Shown here: piece by piece, positions 25,303 to 37,744 of the stretch
Position numbering within the stretch: position 1 is the stretch's first letter
Layout of the letters: every line of letters starts with the position of its first letter
Assembly (NCBI GenBank): GCA_030264375.1
Contig: JASCQW010000072.1
Coordinates: 79,646,223-79,708,463 of the forward strand
Source of the DNA: Carcharhinus longimanus
Lineage: Eukaryota
Length of the DNA stretch: 62,241 bases
Direction of reading: 5' to 3'
Notes under the pieces: generated by a model
Databases searched by the model: none
The model's input: only the letters and a program-made list of their open reading frames with translations
What the model was told of the DNA's origin: nothing
Made by a program: the position numbers and the translations under genes

Positions 25303-25515
25303 TGATGTAGAGATGTCGGCGTTGGACTGGGGTGGACACAGTAAGAAGTCTCACAACACCAGGTTAAAGTCCAACAGGTTTATTTGGAATCAGAAGCTTT
25401 CAGAGCGCTGTTCCTCAGTCACTCACTCACCTGACGAAGGAGCAGCGCTCTGAAAGCTCATGATATCAAATAAACCTGTTGGACTGTAACCTAGTGTTGT
25501 GAGACTTCTTACTGT
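25303..25515. mobile_element. Penelope-derived palindromic element with hammerhead core
   Basis: agtaagaagtctcacaacaccagg ... ctagtgttgtgagacttcttact inverted arms; CTGACGA at 25431-25437 followed by ggagcagcgctctGAAA. Confidence 0.75.
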
Positions 25516-25624
25516 GTTGGCATTAATTTAGGTCTATCATGGTTTTTAACCTGGACACACATTTGGCACACCCCAGCTTTACTTAAATCTGTATTTGCAT
25601 TGATTTGCTGTTCCAGTTGCAGTA

Positions 25625-26035
25625 CAAAGAACAAAGAACAAAGAACAACCCAGCACGGGAAACAGGCCCTTTGGCCCAACGAGCCCGCGNNNNNNNNNNN
25701 NNNNNNNNNNNNNNNNNNNNNNNNNNNNNNNNNNNNNNNNNNNNNNNNNNNNNNNNNNNNNNNNNNNNNNNNNNNNNNNNNNNNNNNNNGATCTCCCCTC
25801 AGTCTCCGTCTTTCTAGGGAAAACAGCCCCAATTTGCCCAATCTTTCCTCATAACCCAGTCCTTCCCTACCAGGCAGCATCCTGGTAAACCTCCTCTGCA
25901 CTCTCTCCAGGGTCTCCACGTCCTTCCGGTAGTAAGTTGACCAGAACTGCACGCAGTACTCCAAATGTGGTCTAACCAATGTTCTGTACAACTGTAGCAT
26001 TAGATGTCAGCTCTTATACTCTATACTCCTTCCTA
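25625..26035 (-). mobile_element. Young CR1/HER1 LINE 3' end
   Basis: [44 protein letters not shown]...RRRLRGD; (TTCTTTG)n tail. Confidence 0.92.
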
Positions 26036-27639
26036 TAATCTAGATTGTAGTAACCTATAACATTGGTGTAAATCCCCACAGGCAGAGATGTAGGCTTTGC
26101 TGTTGCCCCATCTTTATCTTCACACTGAGCACATGTGGGACTGATCTAGACTTAGATTTCTGTTTGCAGCTGTCATGGGTCTATCCACTTAATATTAAAT
26201 GTCATATTTTTGAAAAATAAGGCATATGCACGTGTATGTTTTAACCTGAATTAAAAGAGTAATCAGAAATGAATGCAAACGAAAGCATGCACATTGGCGT
26301 GGGATTTTCTGCTCGCACCTGCCCCGACACTGGTAATTCTCACCTGAGGTCAATGAACCATTAAATGGTCTGTCGAGTATTCTGTGTTACCCATGACAAT
26401 TTGCGCAGCAGGTGAGACTGGAACAACAAAGCAGTCTCAACGGGGAGGTTGAGTATGGGGATGTGTGCTCATCAATGTCTGTGCAGCCCTTCACACCCTT
26501 GGTGAATACAGGAAGTCAATGAATTCTATTGTAGTTAGCACTGACATGACACAAAGAACACAGCATTTTTACATGTTATTATTGCCCTCTTCTTTCACTA
26601 TGACTTTGGCCTTCTGAAAATGAAGTCTAGTTGGAACGAGTGAATCCATCTTCATAACTGGATTGACAAATTACGTTCTGAAGCAGAGTCCAAACGAACT
26701 TGAAGGGTTAATTATTTTTTCACTGCCTAAATGTTACCAGGCCTGCTGGGTTTTCCCAGCATTCTCTGTTCTGTGATAAACTACATAATAGACTACTGAA
26801 GAAACAAAATATAATTCCAAATTTCATTTTAGTCTGAATTCTTTCTACTTTAACCAGGGATGATTGCTCCTGCTTTCAGTAGCCTGAAGTTCAATGGATA
26901 AGACATGGGAATGAGGGTAAGACTGAATAATCATGTGTGGTTTCTGTAACATAGTACATATTTGATATAGTTAATGATGTGCATGCAATAGGTTGTCTAA
27001 TGAACAAGCCTGAGTTACATTTGTTGAAATTAATTCTGATTTGTGAAGTAGCCTGCTATAGTGCATGCTATATTCTCTACTAAATTTGTTTTCATTTGTC
27101 AAAATGAACAGCTTTTATTTGATCTAAATATGACATTTAACGGACCTTTTCCACCTCCTCCGTCATTACATTGTTGAAGTAAAGGCTCATTACATTGCTT
27201 CCTACTCTGACGCATTAGTCACACATTTTTGTTCTATAGCTTCAGCGCTATGGGTGCTATTTTGGCTCCAAAATGGCTGGCACAGCCCATGTCACACACC
27301 ACATGAGCATTAGGAGCATGTGCTAACCTTATATCAATGTGACGTTGATTTGATGCCAGCGCTGCTGCTTTTGAACTTATAGCTCCAGTAAGTGCCCTTG
27401 CTTAAACATACACAGCATACATACATGTGCTGGTCCTCACCTGTTGGGGGCAGGGGAGGGATAGGGGGGCCAGGTAGCAACACAACGATCATGAAATTAA
27501 AAAAAACTTCCTTCATAAAGAAAGCAAAGAACACTCAAGCACTGTCATACTGAGTGACAATGAAGGGAAGAGCTCCAATGCTGCAGCTGCCTGAGTCAAA
27601 GTCAAAATTGACTGCACAGTGTGCATCTGAAATTGAGCT

Positions 27640-28905
27640 CAATACAGTGGCAGATCTGTACCCCTGGGCAGATGTGCAGACAGGGGAGATATGAAAGGGG
27701 GAGAAAAAAAGACCAATCCTTGGTTAGAATATACGGATGATAAAATTGAGTGTAAAGCGTGTGCAAATATTATTGCTTATCACTTTTTACATCCAAGGGA
27801 TTGAAACTTTTGAATGAAAGGCATTTTGCACCAAGTGACAGACAGTGGATCTAGCCAAAGTGCATGTTTAAAACCTTTCTGAAAAATAATTGTAGAACAC
27901 AAACTGCTGAAAGCTCGCATCACTACGCATCAAATCTCTGAAAGTAGAGGAAGACACTTCAGGGAAAATTAGTGACAATCTGAAGGACTTGTGCGAGTTT
28001 CCATTCTGCTTACTGCCTGACTCAAAACAACAGACTTCAGCCTGACTGCTTTGCCTTGCCGGAACCTCAAAGTACAAATGATGCTTAAACAGGAAAAGGA
28101 CTTCATTCCTGCTACAGTGCTGCAGAAACTATTGACTGCATAGCTGCCCAGATCAGGAAGAAAATTTGCCAGCACATCAAAATGCTCAAAAGGTTAACAT
28201 TTCCATTCTTATTGATGAATCTACAAGCTTCAGTGACAGAATCACTCTAGGAGTCAGCTTGAAATATGAAAGTGATCCACAAGGACATTTTTACATCTGA
28301 CTGAACTTCAGGATCAAAAAGCTGAGACGATAATTAAGTACCTTCTTGTCACGAAACAAGGTTGTGATGGCTCTAAACTGAATCAACATCTTGTAGCGTT
28401 TGCCAGTGATGGCGCGAGTGTTGTGCTGGGCACCAAATTGGGTGTGGTTTACAGACTTATGGAGCAATACCCAGATTTGATTACTTGGCATTACCTGAAC
28501 CATAGTGGGCAATTTGGTGACAAGAAGTTAGTGGAGTGAACAATTTCCATTCCTTTATGGACAAATTACACTCTCTGTGTAACAGATCACTCTTGACCAG
28601 AGGCAATTGTCAGAAAGTACTGCTGAATTCAAACAATTCTCAAAACAGGCTGCATTATTAGCACCATATGGGTAGCAAATTCATTTTCACCAGTATTGGC
28701 TGTGTGATGTAATGATGAGGCATTATGAATTCATTTTGAACTGGGAATGAAAGATGAAACAAGGCCTGAGCCTGACAGAAAAACAGTTGAGGGTTTGTCA
28801 AAGAGACTGTTCTTGAAAGTTTCTCTTAGACTTAGCTCTGATGTATGGCACATTACATGAACTTGGCATGCTCACAGTGTTTGCAGAAGTGCACTACAAT
28901 GATCA
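27640..28905 (+). mobile_element. Decayed hAT-superfamily transposase (KIAA1586/ZNF862-like)
   Basis: ISILIDESTS at ~28199, HLVAFASDGASVVLGTKLGV...YPDLITWHYLNH at ~28387, STIWVANSF at ~28660; stops and frameshifts. Confidence 0.8.
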
Positions 28906-28909
28906 TGCA

Positions 28910-29385
28910 GACCATAAGACATAGAAGCAGAAGTAGGCTATTCGGCCCATCAGGCCTGCTTCACCATTCACTAACATCATGAATGATCTGATATGATATT
29001 CCTTAATTCCACTTTCCCACCTTTTCTCCATAACCCTTGATTCTTTTAAAAATCTGTCTGTTTCAGTTTTGAAAATACTCAATGCCCTAGCCTCGACAGC
29101 CCTCTGCAGTAAAGAATTCCACAGATTCACTCATCTCTGGCAGAAGAAATTCCACCTCATTTGAGTCTCAAAAGGGCGACACTCTGCCCTGAGATTGTAC
29201 ATTCTGGTCCTAGGCTCTCCCACAAGGGGAAGCAATCTCTCAACATCTTCTCAAGCCCTCTGAGAATCCTTTATGTCTCAATAAGGCCTCCTCTCATTTT
29301 TCTAAACCCCAGTGAGTAGAGGCTCAACCTGCAGAACCTCTCCTCATAAGAAAATTCCTCTATGCTTGGGATCAACCTAGTTAAC
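28910..29385 (-). mobile_element. CR1/HER1 LINE 3' fragment
   Basis: NLWNSLLQRAVEARALSIFKTETDRFL; SYEERFCRLSLYSLGFRKMRGGLIET. Confidence 0.88.
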
Positions 29386-30359
29386 ATGTGAGATGGGGCA
29401 GGGGCACCGATAGGCGCATGGTCTTGGGGGAGGCTCAGGCTGGGCCAGGAGTTCTCATGACGGGGGTCACTGCTGGGTTGAGGATGTGTGGCGAGCATTC
29501 TCCTTGTCTGCTGGAAGACCCCAGAAGGGCTTCAGAGGTTGAGGTCAAATCCCACAAATGTGCCCTCCATCCTGCCACCTCTCAGCTGGCTACTGGCAGC
29601 TGTTGCCCCAAGGAAGGGAGTTTGACAGATATTAACACAGCTCTGCACACTGTCAACTCAGTGGTGCTGCCATCTGTCACATGAAAGTTAGGAGGGGGCC
29701 TCCCTACTGTCTATCTGACCTGGACAGACACATGGGACACCGCACGGCACGGGATAGAGTTCTTGGGGAATCTGCGGGGATTGTTATCACCCAGTGGGTT
29801 GTGGAGGTCTGGAAAGCACTGTATGGGTCCGCAGTGAGGCAGTTCACCTCGCGACTATTCCTATGCGCTTGGCTGAGCACTGGGAGAATCAAGGTACCCC
29901 GGCTTCTGAATTTGTCATTGACTGAGTCTGATGAGACCTATCAATATAAACTAACTGTTTTAACAACCACCTTAGTGTTTCATAAGAAAATGAATTGCAT
30001 TTATTATCCAGTTTTTATCACTATGCTTATTTTACAAGCTAAATGTGGTCACAGCTGAGTGCAGTAATAGTAAGCTGGATGCATTGTTTCCTCAAACTTT
30101 CTGTTGCAGAAATAAGGCACCAGCATAATCACCTCCTATGTACAGTATCTCAGATATAATCATCACACAAGCTAAGCTTTATCATTCATGCCAACAGCCA
30201 GTTTGAGTAAAAAGGGAACGGCTGAGAATATTGTTGCTTAATGAGCTTTTAACAACAAAGAAATGGTAACTTTGCAAATAAATATGGAATCTGGTTGACC
30301 AGCAGACTTCTTCATTGTGTGGCTTCACATCCTCATCCACAACATTCACTCCTATTTTC

Positions 30360-30800
30360 CTTTTCATTCATAGGATGTGGGTGTTGCTGGCAAGGCCAAC
30401 ATTTAATAACCATACCTAACTGTCCTTGAGGAGACAGTGTTGAGCTATTAGACAGGGAGTTCCAAGGTTTGACCCAATGACAATGATAGAAAGGCTATGT
30501 AGTTCCAAGTCAGGATGCTACCTTGGAAGAGATCTTTTAAGTGGTGGTGTTCCCATTTGTCTACTGTCCCTGCACTTCAAGGTGGTAGAGGTCATGGGTT
30601 TGGAAGGTGCTGTGAAATAAGCCTTTGCGACTTCCTGTATTGCATACGTGGATGGGAAACACTGCTATTACTGTACACAGGTGGTGCTGTGAATCGATGT
30701 TTAAAGTGGTGGATTGTGCCAAGCCTCTTATGTTGCTGAAGTTGCACGCATCCAGGCAAGTGGAGAACATTCCATCGCAAGCCTGACCTGTGTCTTGTAG
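30360..30800 (-). mobile_element. Second CR1-clade LINE 3' fragment
   Basis: ttcataggatgtgggtgttgctggcaaggcc is the antisense of the GGCC..GCCAGC..CCCACATCC tail. Confidence 0.7.
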
Positions 30801-31077
30801 ATCAATAAATCAAAGAGATATAAGAAGAAACTTTGGATAGTGTGACCCCTTTAAAAGATCATCTTGCACAAGCCACATGAGCGGACTAACAATGGAGCAC
30901 GAGTGTACAAATGTGGGCCAATCAGGAACAAGGGCATGCATCTTGAGGCTGGAAGTTTCAGTAGGAGTCAGGGCAATGTCGCGAGGAGTTACACTGTATA
31001 GTCGTGCTGTTAAACCTTTGTTGTACTTAGTTCTTCTCAGTCAATAAATCTTTTAGTTTGTTACTTGCCAAAAAGAT

Positions 31078-31268
31078 GGCATGGTGGCACAATGGTTAGC
31101 ATTGCTGCCTCACAGTGCCAGGGACCTGGGTTCGATTCCTGGCTTGGGTCACAGTCTGTGTGGAGTTTGCATGTTCTCCCCGTGTCTGCGTGGGTTTCCT
31201 CTGGGTGCTCCAGTTTCCTCCCACGGTCCAAAGGTGCGTGGGTTAGGTGGATTGGCTGTGGTAAATTA
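31078..31268 (+). mobile_element. HE1 SINE, 3'-truncated
   Basis: ggcatggtggcacaatggttagc...gtgtctgcgtgggtttcctctgggtgctcc. Confidence 0.85.
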
Positions 31269-31862
31269 AATGTAATTAGCAGGCCCAGGACTGAAGGGTC
31301 CTCTAATGCCAGTGACCTATGTTGGANNNNNNNNNNNNNNNNNNNNNNNNNNNNNNNNNNNNNNNNNNNNNNNNNNNNNNNNNNNNNNNNNNNNNNNNNN
31401 NNNNNNNNNNNNNNNNNNNNNNNNNNNNNNNNNNNNNNNNNNNNNNNNNNNNNNNNNNNNNNNNNNNNNNNNNNNNNNNNNNNNNNNNNNNNNNNNNNNN
31501 NNNNNNNNNNNNNNNNNNNNNNNNNNNNNNNNNNNNNNNNNNNNNNNNNNNNNNNNNNNNNNNNNNNNNNNNNNNNNNNNNNNNAAACTCACCCAAAAGA
31601 CAGGCATGGAGCACTCCTATTTTCACCCTGTTAGGACATGGGATAATTCAACCCATTATATTTGTCACTGGAGAAACATTCTTCATTGAGACACCTCTCA
31701 GGCATTTCTTATAGCCTAACTAAAGAACAACTCAGACACGTGCATTGAAGGAAGTCATAGAGTCCCAATCTCAAACAGGACTGGTCCTACAAGTATCTGA
31801 GTAAAGAAATCTCTTGAAATGTAAAGGGGTCCCTAATTGTTGATATAAATCCTCTTCCTTAC

Positions 31863-32023
31863 CTGTTGGTAGGCTCCCAGGATTTTCCGTGCTTCCTGGT
31901 ACAGGATCTCTCCACTCCAGTGCGGATTCAGCTGGTGCAGTTCTGAGACTATTCGATTGTGCTCCCGTAGGAAGATTGTGTGTAGTGTCTGAATCCCTAA
32001 GTGTTCGTTTGCTCGTGAATCCC
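31863..32023 (-). CDS. Heme peroxidase exon 9 (distal Arg, heme-ester Glu)
   Basis: 161 nt (same size as MPO exon 8); [53 protein letters not shown]; gtaagg donor. Confidence 0.96.
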
Positions 32024-32587
32024 CTGATACCAAAATCAAACAAAAAAATCACACGGCATTCATGCCTTGCTGAGCAATGTCTATTCTGTTGCTGTAAAAT
32101 GTGAAGGGGCTTGTTGCAGAATCTGGCCTTAAAGGTCACCAAAATCTTCTAGGAGCCTTGTTTCCCCTAGGGTGCTGACAGTCAACACTTTAAATGGAAA
32201 GGGTTTGACTCCTCAGCATTACTATTCACGACCTTAAAAGTCTAAAATATTTTGCATTATTTACAAATATAAACTCTTTGGGGCTTTTTTTCAGATCTCG
32301 GCTAACTCTGTGCTGTTATCTTTCCACAGTGGGATGTTTGTTGGAGTTGTCAAATCTACAAAGAACTAGTTCCAACTCCAGTAGTTCAGGCCTGACCTGT
32401 TGGAGTTGCTGGTCACTTCCACTGAGCCATAACCCATGTAATGGTGTAGTGTTGTTTGATGCTTGCTCTGCACTTTCCTCCTTTTGTATGCTAATCTTCT
32501 CTTTGTGTTTCAAGAAGGTATTGGAGTATGGGAGTACTCTGGTATCTTACATATTTGACCTTCTTAACCTGTGAGCCTAGACAGTAA

Positions 32588-32740
32588 GGCTTGAATTTTC
32601 TCGTGATGATGGCAACTCTCGGTCTCTGCGAAAATGAAGGCCTAGCTCGGAACTTTCAGGCACTTTTTCAGCAGACGAGTTTACACAGCTGGGAATTCTC
32701 CCGACTCTGCGCGCCCAATGCAAGTGTGAAAATTTAAGCC
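32588..32740. mobile_element. Tourist/Harbinger MITE
   Basis: TIRs ggcttgaattttc / gaaaatttaagcc flanked by a perfect TAA target-site duplication (32585-32587, 32741-32743). Confidence 0.8.
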
Positions 32741-33060
32741 TAATGTGTTGGCAGAACTTTCACTGTGAATTTTCAATGAGAATCACAGCCAAATGCAATC
32801 CATGAACTCCCAGAAGAGATCACTGTTCAAGAACAAGATTTATTTTTGTTTCCTCCTTGCTTTTAATCCCTGGCATTGATTACAGCATCCCAACAGGCAA
32901 CGCAAATCTGATTAGACAACTTGGCTCAAACTAGGAAATAAGCTAGAGTATTCTGAGCTTTAAGGCTCACTTTTACTCATTGCTATCAGCTACTAGTCTT
33001 TTAGGTTAACCTGCTATTTACTGGACTGATGGTCTGCTGGTTTAAATGAAGAAACCTTTT

Positions 33061-33351
33061 TTTAATTTTTATTTATGATTGTCACAAGTAGGCTTATATT
33101 AATGCAACAATGAAGTTACTGTGAACATCCCCTAGTTGCCACACTCCAGTGCCTGTTTGGGTACACTGAGGGGAATTTAGCATGGCCAATGCACCTAATC
33201 AGCATGTCTTTTGTGGGAGGAAACCAGAGCATCCAGAGGAAACCCATACAGACGTGGAGAAAACATGCAGACTTCGCACAAGCAGGGACCCAAGCCAGGA
33301 ATCAAACCTGGGTCCCTGGCGCTTTGAGGCAGCAGTACCAAACACTGTGCC
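33061..33351 (-). mobile_element. HE1-like SINE, alternative tail
   Basis: gtcacaagtaggctt...gaagttactgtgaacatcccctagttgccacactcc followed by the antisense HE1 core. Confidence 0.85.
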
Positions 33352-34805
33352 AGAAAGTTGGAAGTGTTCAATTGCAAAATAAAGTGTGCACAAAAGTAAT
33401 GACAGAATAGAAAGTCAGAGTGTAAGATAACCTGCAACAAGTGCAGTTTGAAGGACAATATTAAGGTGAAATAAATAGTTACTAGGATCCTATTGCCAGT
33501 GAGGAGGGTCACAGTATTATGAGCAAGAAGTGCTTTACTGTGTGGAAGTCTGGTGTTCATTCAGGAGACATTGGAAATGGTCCAGAAGAACGCTGCTTGA
33601 CTGTCAAAACCATTGGGAAGTAAATGGTAACCAACATAAATTTTATGTTGCAATTAGAAGGCTAAGATCAATACTCCTGTGATCAGGAGATAGTATTCTA
33701 GCATTAGTTTAATCCTATAGCTATCAATCAAAATCTTATCCTAGAGACTAAAGAGTGTGAGATTTCCATCAAACTAGCCGCGAAAGCCAGAACACCAATT
33801 CGGTGCAATGGCAGTGCTACCCAGATAAGAGTTAAAGAAAGGAAAGAAAGTGAACCTGCAGCTTTGGTTATATGAAAATTAGGCAAAAAGCTGCCAGAGA
33901 TACGTTATTATTCAACAATCATAACATGGCATACATTTAAATATATTTGCAAAGTGAAGGCACCAAGTCAGCACTATATTCAGAGTGAGGAATTGTCACT
34001 ATGAGGAACTGTTCATTACCATAGGAAGTAGCTGATGCCAAAACATTGAATGTATTCAAGAAGTGCTGGATATAGCACTTGGGGTGAATGGTTTCAATGG
34101 TTATGGGGAAAAAGCAGGATTAGGCTATTGAGTTGGATGATCAGCCATGATCGTAACGAACCACGGAGCAGGCTCAAAGGGCCAAATGGCTTCCTCCTGT
34201 TCCTATTTTCTATGTTTCTACACAAGACACTCTGCAAACACATGGAAAGACAATACTGTTGAAGGATGAGACATCCACTGAAACATTGGACTGAAAGAAC
34301 AAGGGACAAAAACCGATAGGAATATGGAGGGTGGCATAAAACGAAGTTCTTGAACCCAAAGGGATGAGACAAATCATCTTTTGATTAATGATCAAGAAAG
34401 GACTTTGAAAGAACGTCATGTAGTACACAAGGAAGCTGAATAGTTACACTGCAGAATGCAGATGGGCAAAGAGTGGTTCCTTAGAGGTATCTTTTTAAGG
34501 ACCTTTTAAGAAGATTGGCATGAGACAGCAGAAAGAAACCATTTTGGAAAGAACATGGAGAGTTGTTGGGAATTCAGGAATTAAGGATAGGAAAAGGGCA
34601 AAAAATCACAAAGACATTTCTGTAGAAATTACTGGACATTGTATTTTATGGTCACAGGAGGCTTTACTGCCCTGTTTATACACATTCGTATCAAATCTCT
34701 GCTAAATAAAATCTCTATTTTCTTTCTGAAATAAACATTGAATCAATTGTATGATCAATGCTGGAGACTCGAGATCTCTTGATTCCAGAATATTGCTGCT
34801 GTACG

Positions 34806-35406
34806 AATCATGGAATCCCTACAGTGCAGAAGGAGGCCATTTGGCCCATCAAACCTGCAATCATAACAATCCTACCCAGGAACTATCCCTGTAACCTCAC
34901 ACATTTACCCTACTAATCCCCCTGACACTAAGGAACAATTTAGCATGGGCAATCCACCTAACCTGCACAGCTTTGGACTGTGGGACAGCACGATAGCACT
35001 GCTGCCTCACAGTGCCAGGGACGTGGGTTTAATTCCAGCCTCCTGCCACTGTCTGTGTGGAGTTTGTACGTTCTCCCCGTTTCTGCATGGGTTTCCTCCA
35101 GGTGCTCCAGCTTCCTCCCACCCAAAAATGTGAGGGTTCATTTGATTGGCCATGCTAAATTGCCCCTTAGTGTCAGGGGGATTAGCAGGGTAAATAAGTG
35201 GGGTTGTGGGGGTAGGGCCTGTGTGGGATTGTTGTTGGTGCAGGCTCAATAGGCTGAATGGTCTCCTTCTGCACTGTAGGGATTCTATGGAAACTGGAAA
35301 CACTGGGAGAATGTGCAAACTCCACAAAGTCAGTCACCCATGGCCAGGATCAAACCCGGGTTTCTGGAGCTATGAGGCAACAATGCTAACCACTGAGCCA
35401 CCTTGT
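34806..35406. mobile_element. HE1 (+, 34986-35289) nested in HE1 (-)
   Basis: The minus copy is split at ...ggactgtggga | gaaactgg... by a complete plus copy ending gggattctatg. Confidence 0.85.
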
Positions 35407-35540
35407 TGCTTTACTTCTTTCCCTCCTCTCTGTATTACTAAATATATTCCTTAAATAATGACCTAATAATGTTCTTAATCCCTTTCCCTTTCACATTACA
35501 ATGGTAAGTTTGATGTACTCATGCCTTGTGGTGGACTTAC

Positions 35541-35895
35541 CTGCCAGAAAACATGGAATGTCCGATTTGTTTGCGGTGAGGTTTCTAGTCAGTGCACAAG
35601 GGTTTTGAAGTTTCTTGCTCGCGAAAGGTAGGTAGGCTCGGCCGTTGTCAGAGTACTCCTGGTTAATGGCCAGATAGCCGAGATCATTAGTTAGGTTCCT
35701 CAGTTTTCGTGCTAGGGATTCTGTGCTCCCATAAACCAAGCTGGCATCCACAAAGGAAGTGATGCTATTCATTTGTTCCCTGGGATAGAGATTCCCAGTG
35801 ATGATGACAGATGTGCCGCTGCCACATGCTGGGGCCGAGCGGAAGAAGGGCATACACATTTTGCTCTCATGTGCACGGGGGTCATCATCAGGGAT
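35541..35895 (-). CDS. Heme peroxidase exon 8 (Ca2+-binding loop)
   Basis: 355 nt; IPDDDPRAHESKMCMPFFRSAPACGSG...REQMNSITSFVDASLVYGS...PCFLAG; tag acceptor, gtaagt donor. Confidence 0.96.
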
Positions 35896-35983
35896 CTACA
35901 ACACATTCAGATTTAATCAGACAATGAACAAGAGTTAAAACATTGCATCGAACATACATTGGTGATGCGGGACAGATACTTGC

Positions 35984-36190
35984 CTGGATTGGGAAGCAGG
36001 GATTTTTGTTTTGACATGATGATGAACAGTCACTGCTGTTGATGAAGGAAGAAGAACTGGCAGTTTGTGGTGTCAGGTCTATATCATGGTCAATCCACTG
36101 TCCCCATTCCACCAAAATATGGCCGTAGCTGCTGTCCAGTGAAATGTCCTCATTGCGGGTGTGCAAGATTGCAGTTGACACTTTCCTAAC
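35984..36190 (-). CDS. Heme peroxidase exon 7 (distal His)
   Basis: 207 nt (as in MPO and TPO); VRKVS...WGQWIDHDIDLTPQ...CQNKNPCFPIQ; ends at a non-canonical GC donor (CAG|gcaagt). Confidence 0.95.
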
Positions 36191-36496
36191 CTGGAAATAA
36201 CCAATACAATCATGAATCATAGAATCATAGCATTATATGGTACAGAAGAGGCCTTTCGGCCCATCGAGTCTACACCGACATGTGAGAAACACCCGAACTC
36301 CCATCTAATCCCATTTACCAGCGCTTGGCCCATAGCCATGAATGTTGTGGCATACTAAGTGCTCATCCAGGTAGTTTTTAAAGGATGTGAGGCAACCTGC
36401 CTCTACCACACTCCCAGGCAGCACATTCCAGAGCTTTCCGTTACAGCACAATCATCTCTACCCATCTACCACTCTTCAACATGCCCCACTACATAC

Positions 36497-36626
36497 CGGT
36501 GGTAAGGGGAACCCATTATGTTTCTTGCTTTTGAACCATCCTTTCGGAAATGAGAAGCCATCATCATAATCTGGGAATAGCCATCGAACAAATGGATTGT
36601 TAGGTGTGCCCCACTGGGCATGCTGT
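36497..36626 (-). CDS. Heme peroxidase exon 6 (not in frame in the ORF track)
   Basis: ctctag|ACAG...CCG|gtatgt; 130 nt (as in MPO and TPO); QHAQWGTPNNPFVRWLFPDYDDGFSFPKGWFKSKKHNGFPLPP. Confidence 0.95.
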
Positions 36627-37079
36627 CTAGAGTCATAGAGAAAATGGTCATTTTAGTTGTGGTGAGCAGATATTTGAAGAATGGTAACAAGTTAGAGAAA
36701 ATGGTAATGCTGTCGCCAACAATCTCAACTGCAAGGTAAATGGGAACATATCTATTAATGCAGGCATACTTCTACGTAGTGACCAGCGTATTACAAGAGA
36801 TATTGTGAAATTTCAAAATGTGGAAGCCATGGTATCACACTGATGGCATTGTAGCCCGAACCAAGGCAGATTCATTGGTTATATTTCTCACTGACATTTG
36901 TGGTTTCTCTCCATCTACAAATTAACTGCCAAGTTTGCCTAAAAACAACCTCAAAAGTTTTTTGTTATCTGTGAAGCACTTTGTGACATTTTGGAAACAA
37001 AGAAGTCGTGACAAAAATGGAATTTTAAAATAAAATTTTTCACAGCAACCACGCAATTAAAGCAATTGGCAGGGTCATT

Positions 37080-37260
37080 GAAACAGCCCCAAAGATGACA
37101 GGGTATTGATGGAAAATGCTCAGGGCTGAATGTTGTCCAGGACACTGAAAGAACTTCTTTCTCTTTGCGGAAAAGGATCTATGCGAGTTTTTTATATGTT
37201 GACAGAGAATCTCACTTTAATACCTCAATCAGAAGGTGAAACCTTTGTCAATACTTTGTT
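37080..37260 (-). mobile_element. Degraded DeuSINE fragment
   Basis: gtccaggacactgaaagaacttc...tttaatacctcaatcagaagg resembles the antisense Deu domain. Confidence 0.45.
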
Positions 37261-37608
37261 TCCTCAGGCCAGGGCTGTGGGTAACAGACAACATTTACCT
37301 AAAGTCCTTTGGAATCAAGATTATTGATAACATTCTTTCTTAAAATGAAGCGGGAGGAATCCATGCTTCCTGCTGCATTTACCAGATAGTTGCTTTCCCC
37401 TTTGTAAAATTCCTCACCTCCTTACAGACTCTAAGAAGCTAAGTTTGCTGTCACTCAGTGGTATCTCTTCATTTCTCATCACCTTTTCAAACCTACCAGT
37501 GTCCTAACAAAGAAACTGTCAATTGTGCCATCTGACTGAGGAGTTATCCTGGCAACGAAGAAGTCTAACAACACCATTGGCATCATTGTTCTTCCTGCTG
37601 GTACATAC

Positions 37609-37744
37609 CTGTTATTGCAGATACTGGTGATGTTCCGATATTTGTTCAGTAGGCAGGAACTGGAGCAAGTTACTGGTCGCAGCTGACTGATGCAACCTGT
37701 CGCCTTAGCCAATGCCTGAAGATTGAGCGTGCTGAGCAGCAGAT
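37609..37744 (-). CDS. Heme peroxidase exon 5
   Basis: 136 nt; DLLLSTLNLQALAKATGCISQLRPVTCSSSCLLNKYRNITSICNNR; family motif KYRxITxxCNN. Confidence 0.95.
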
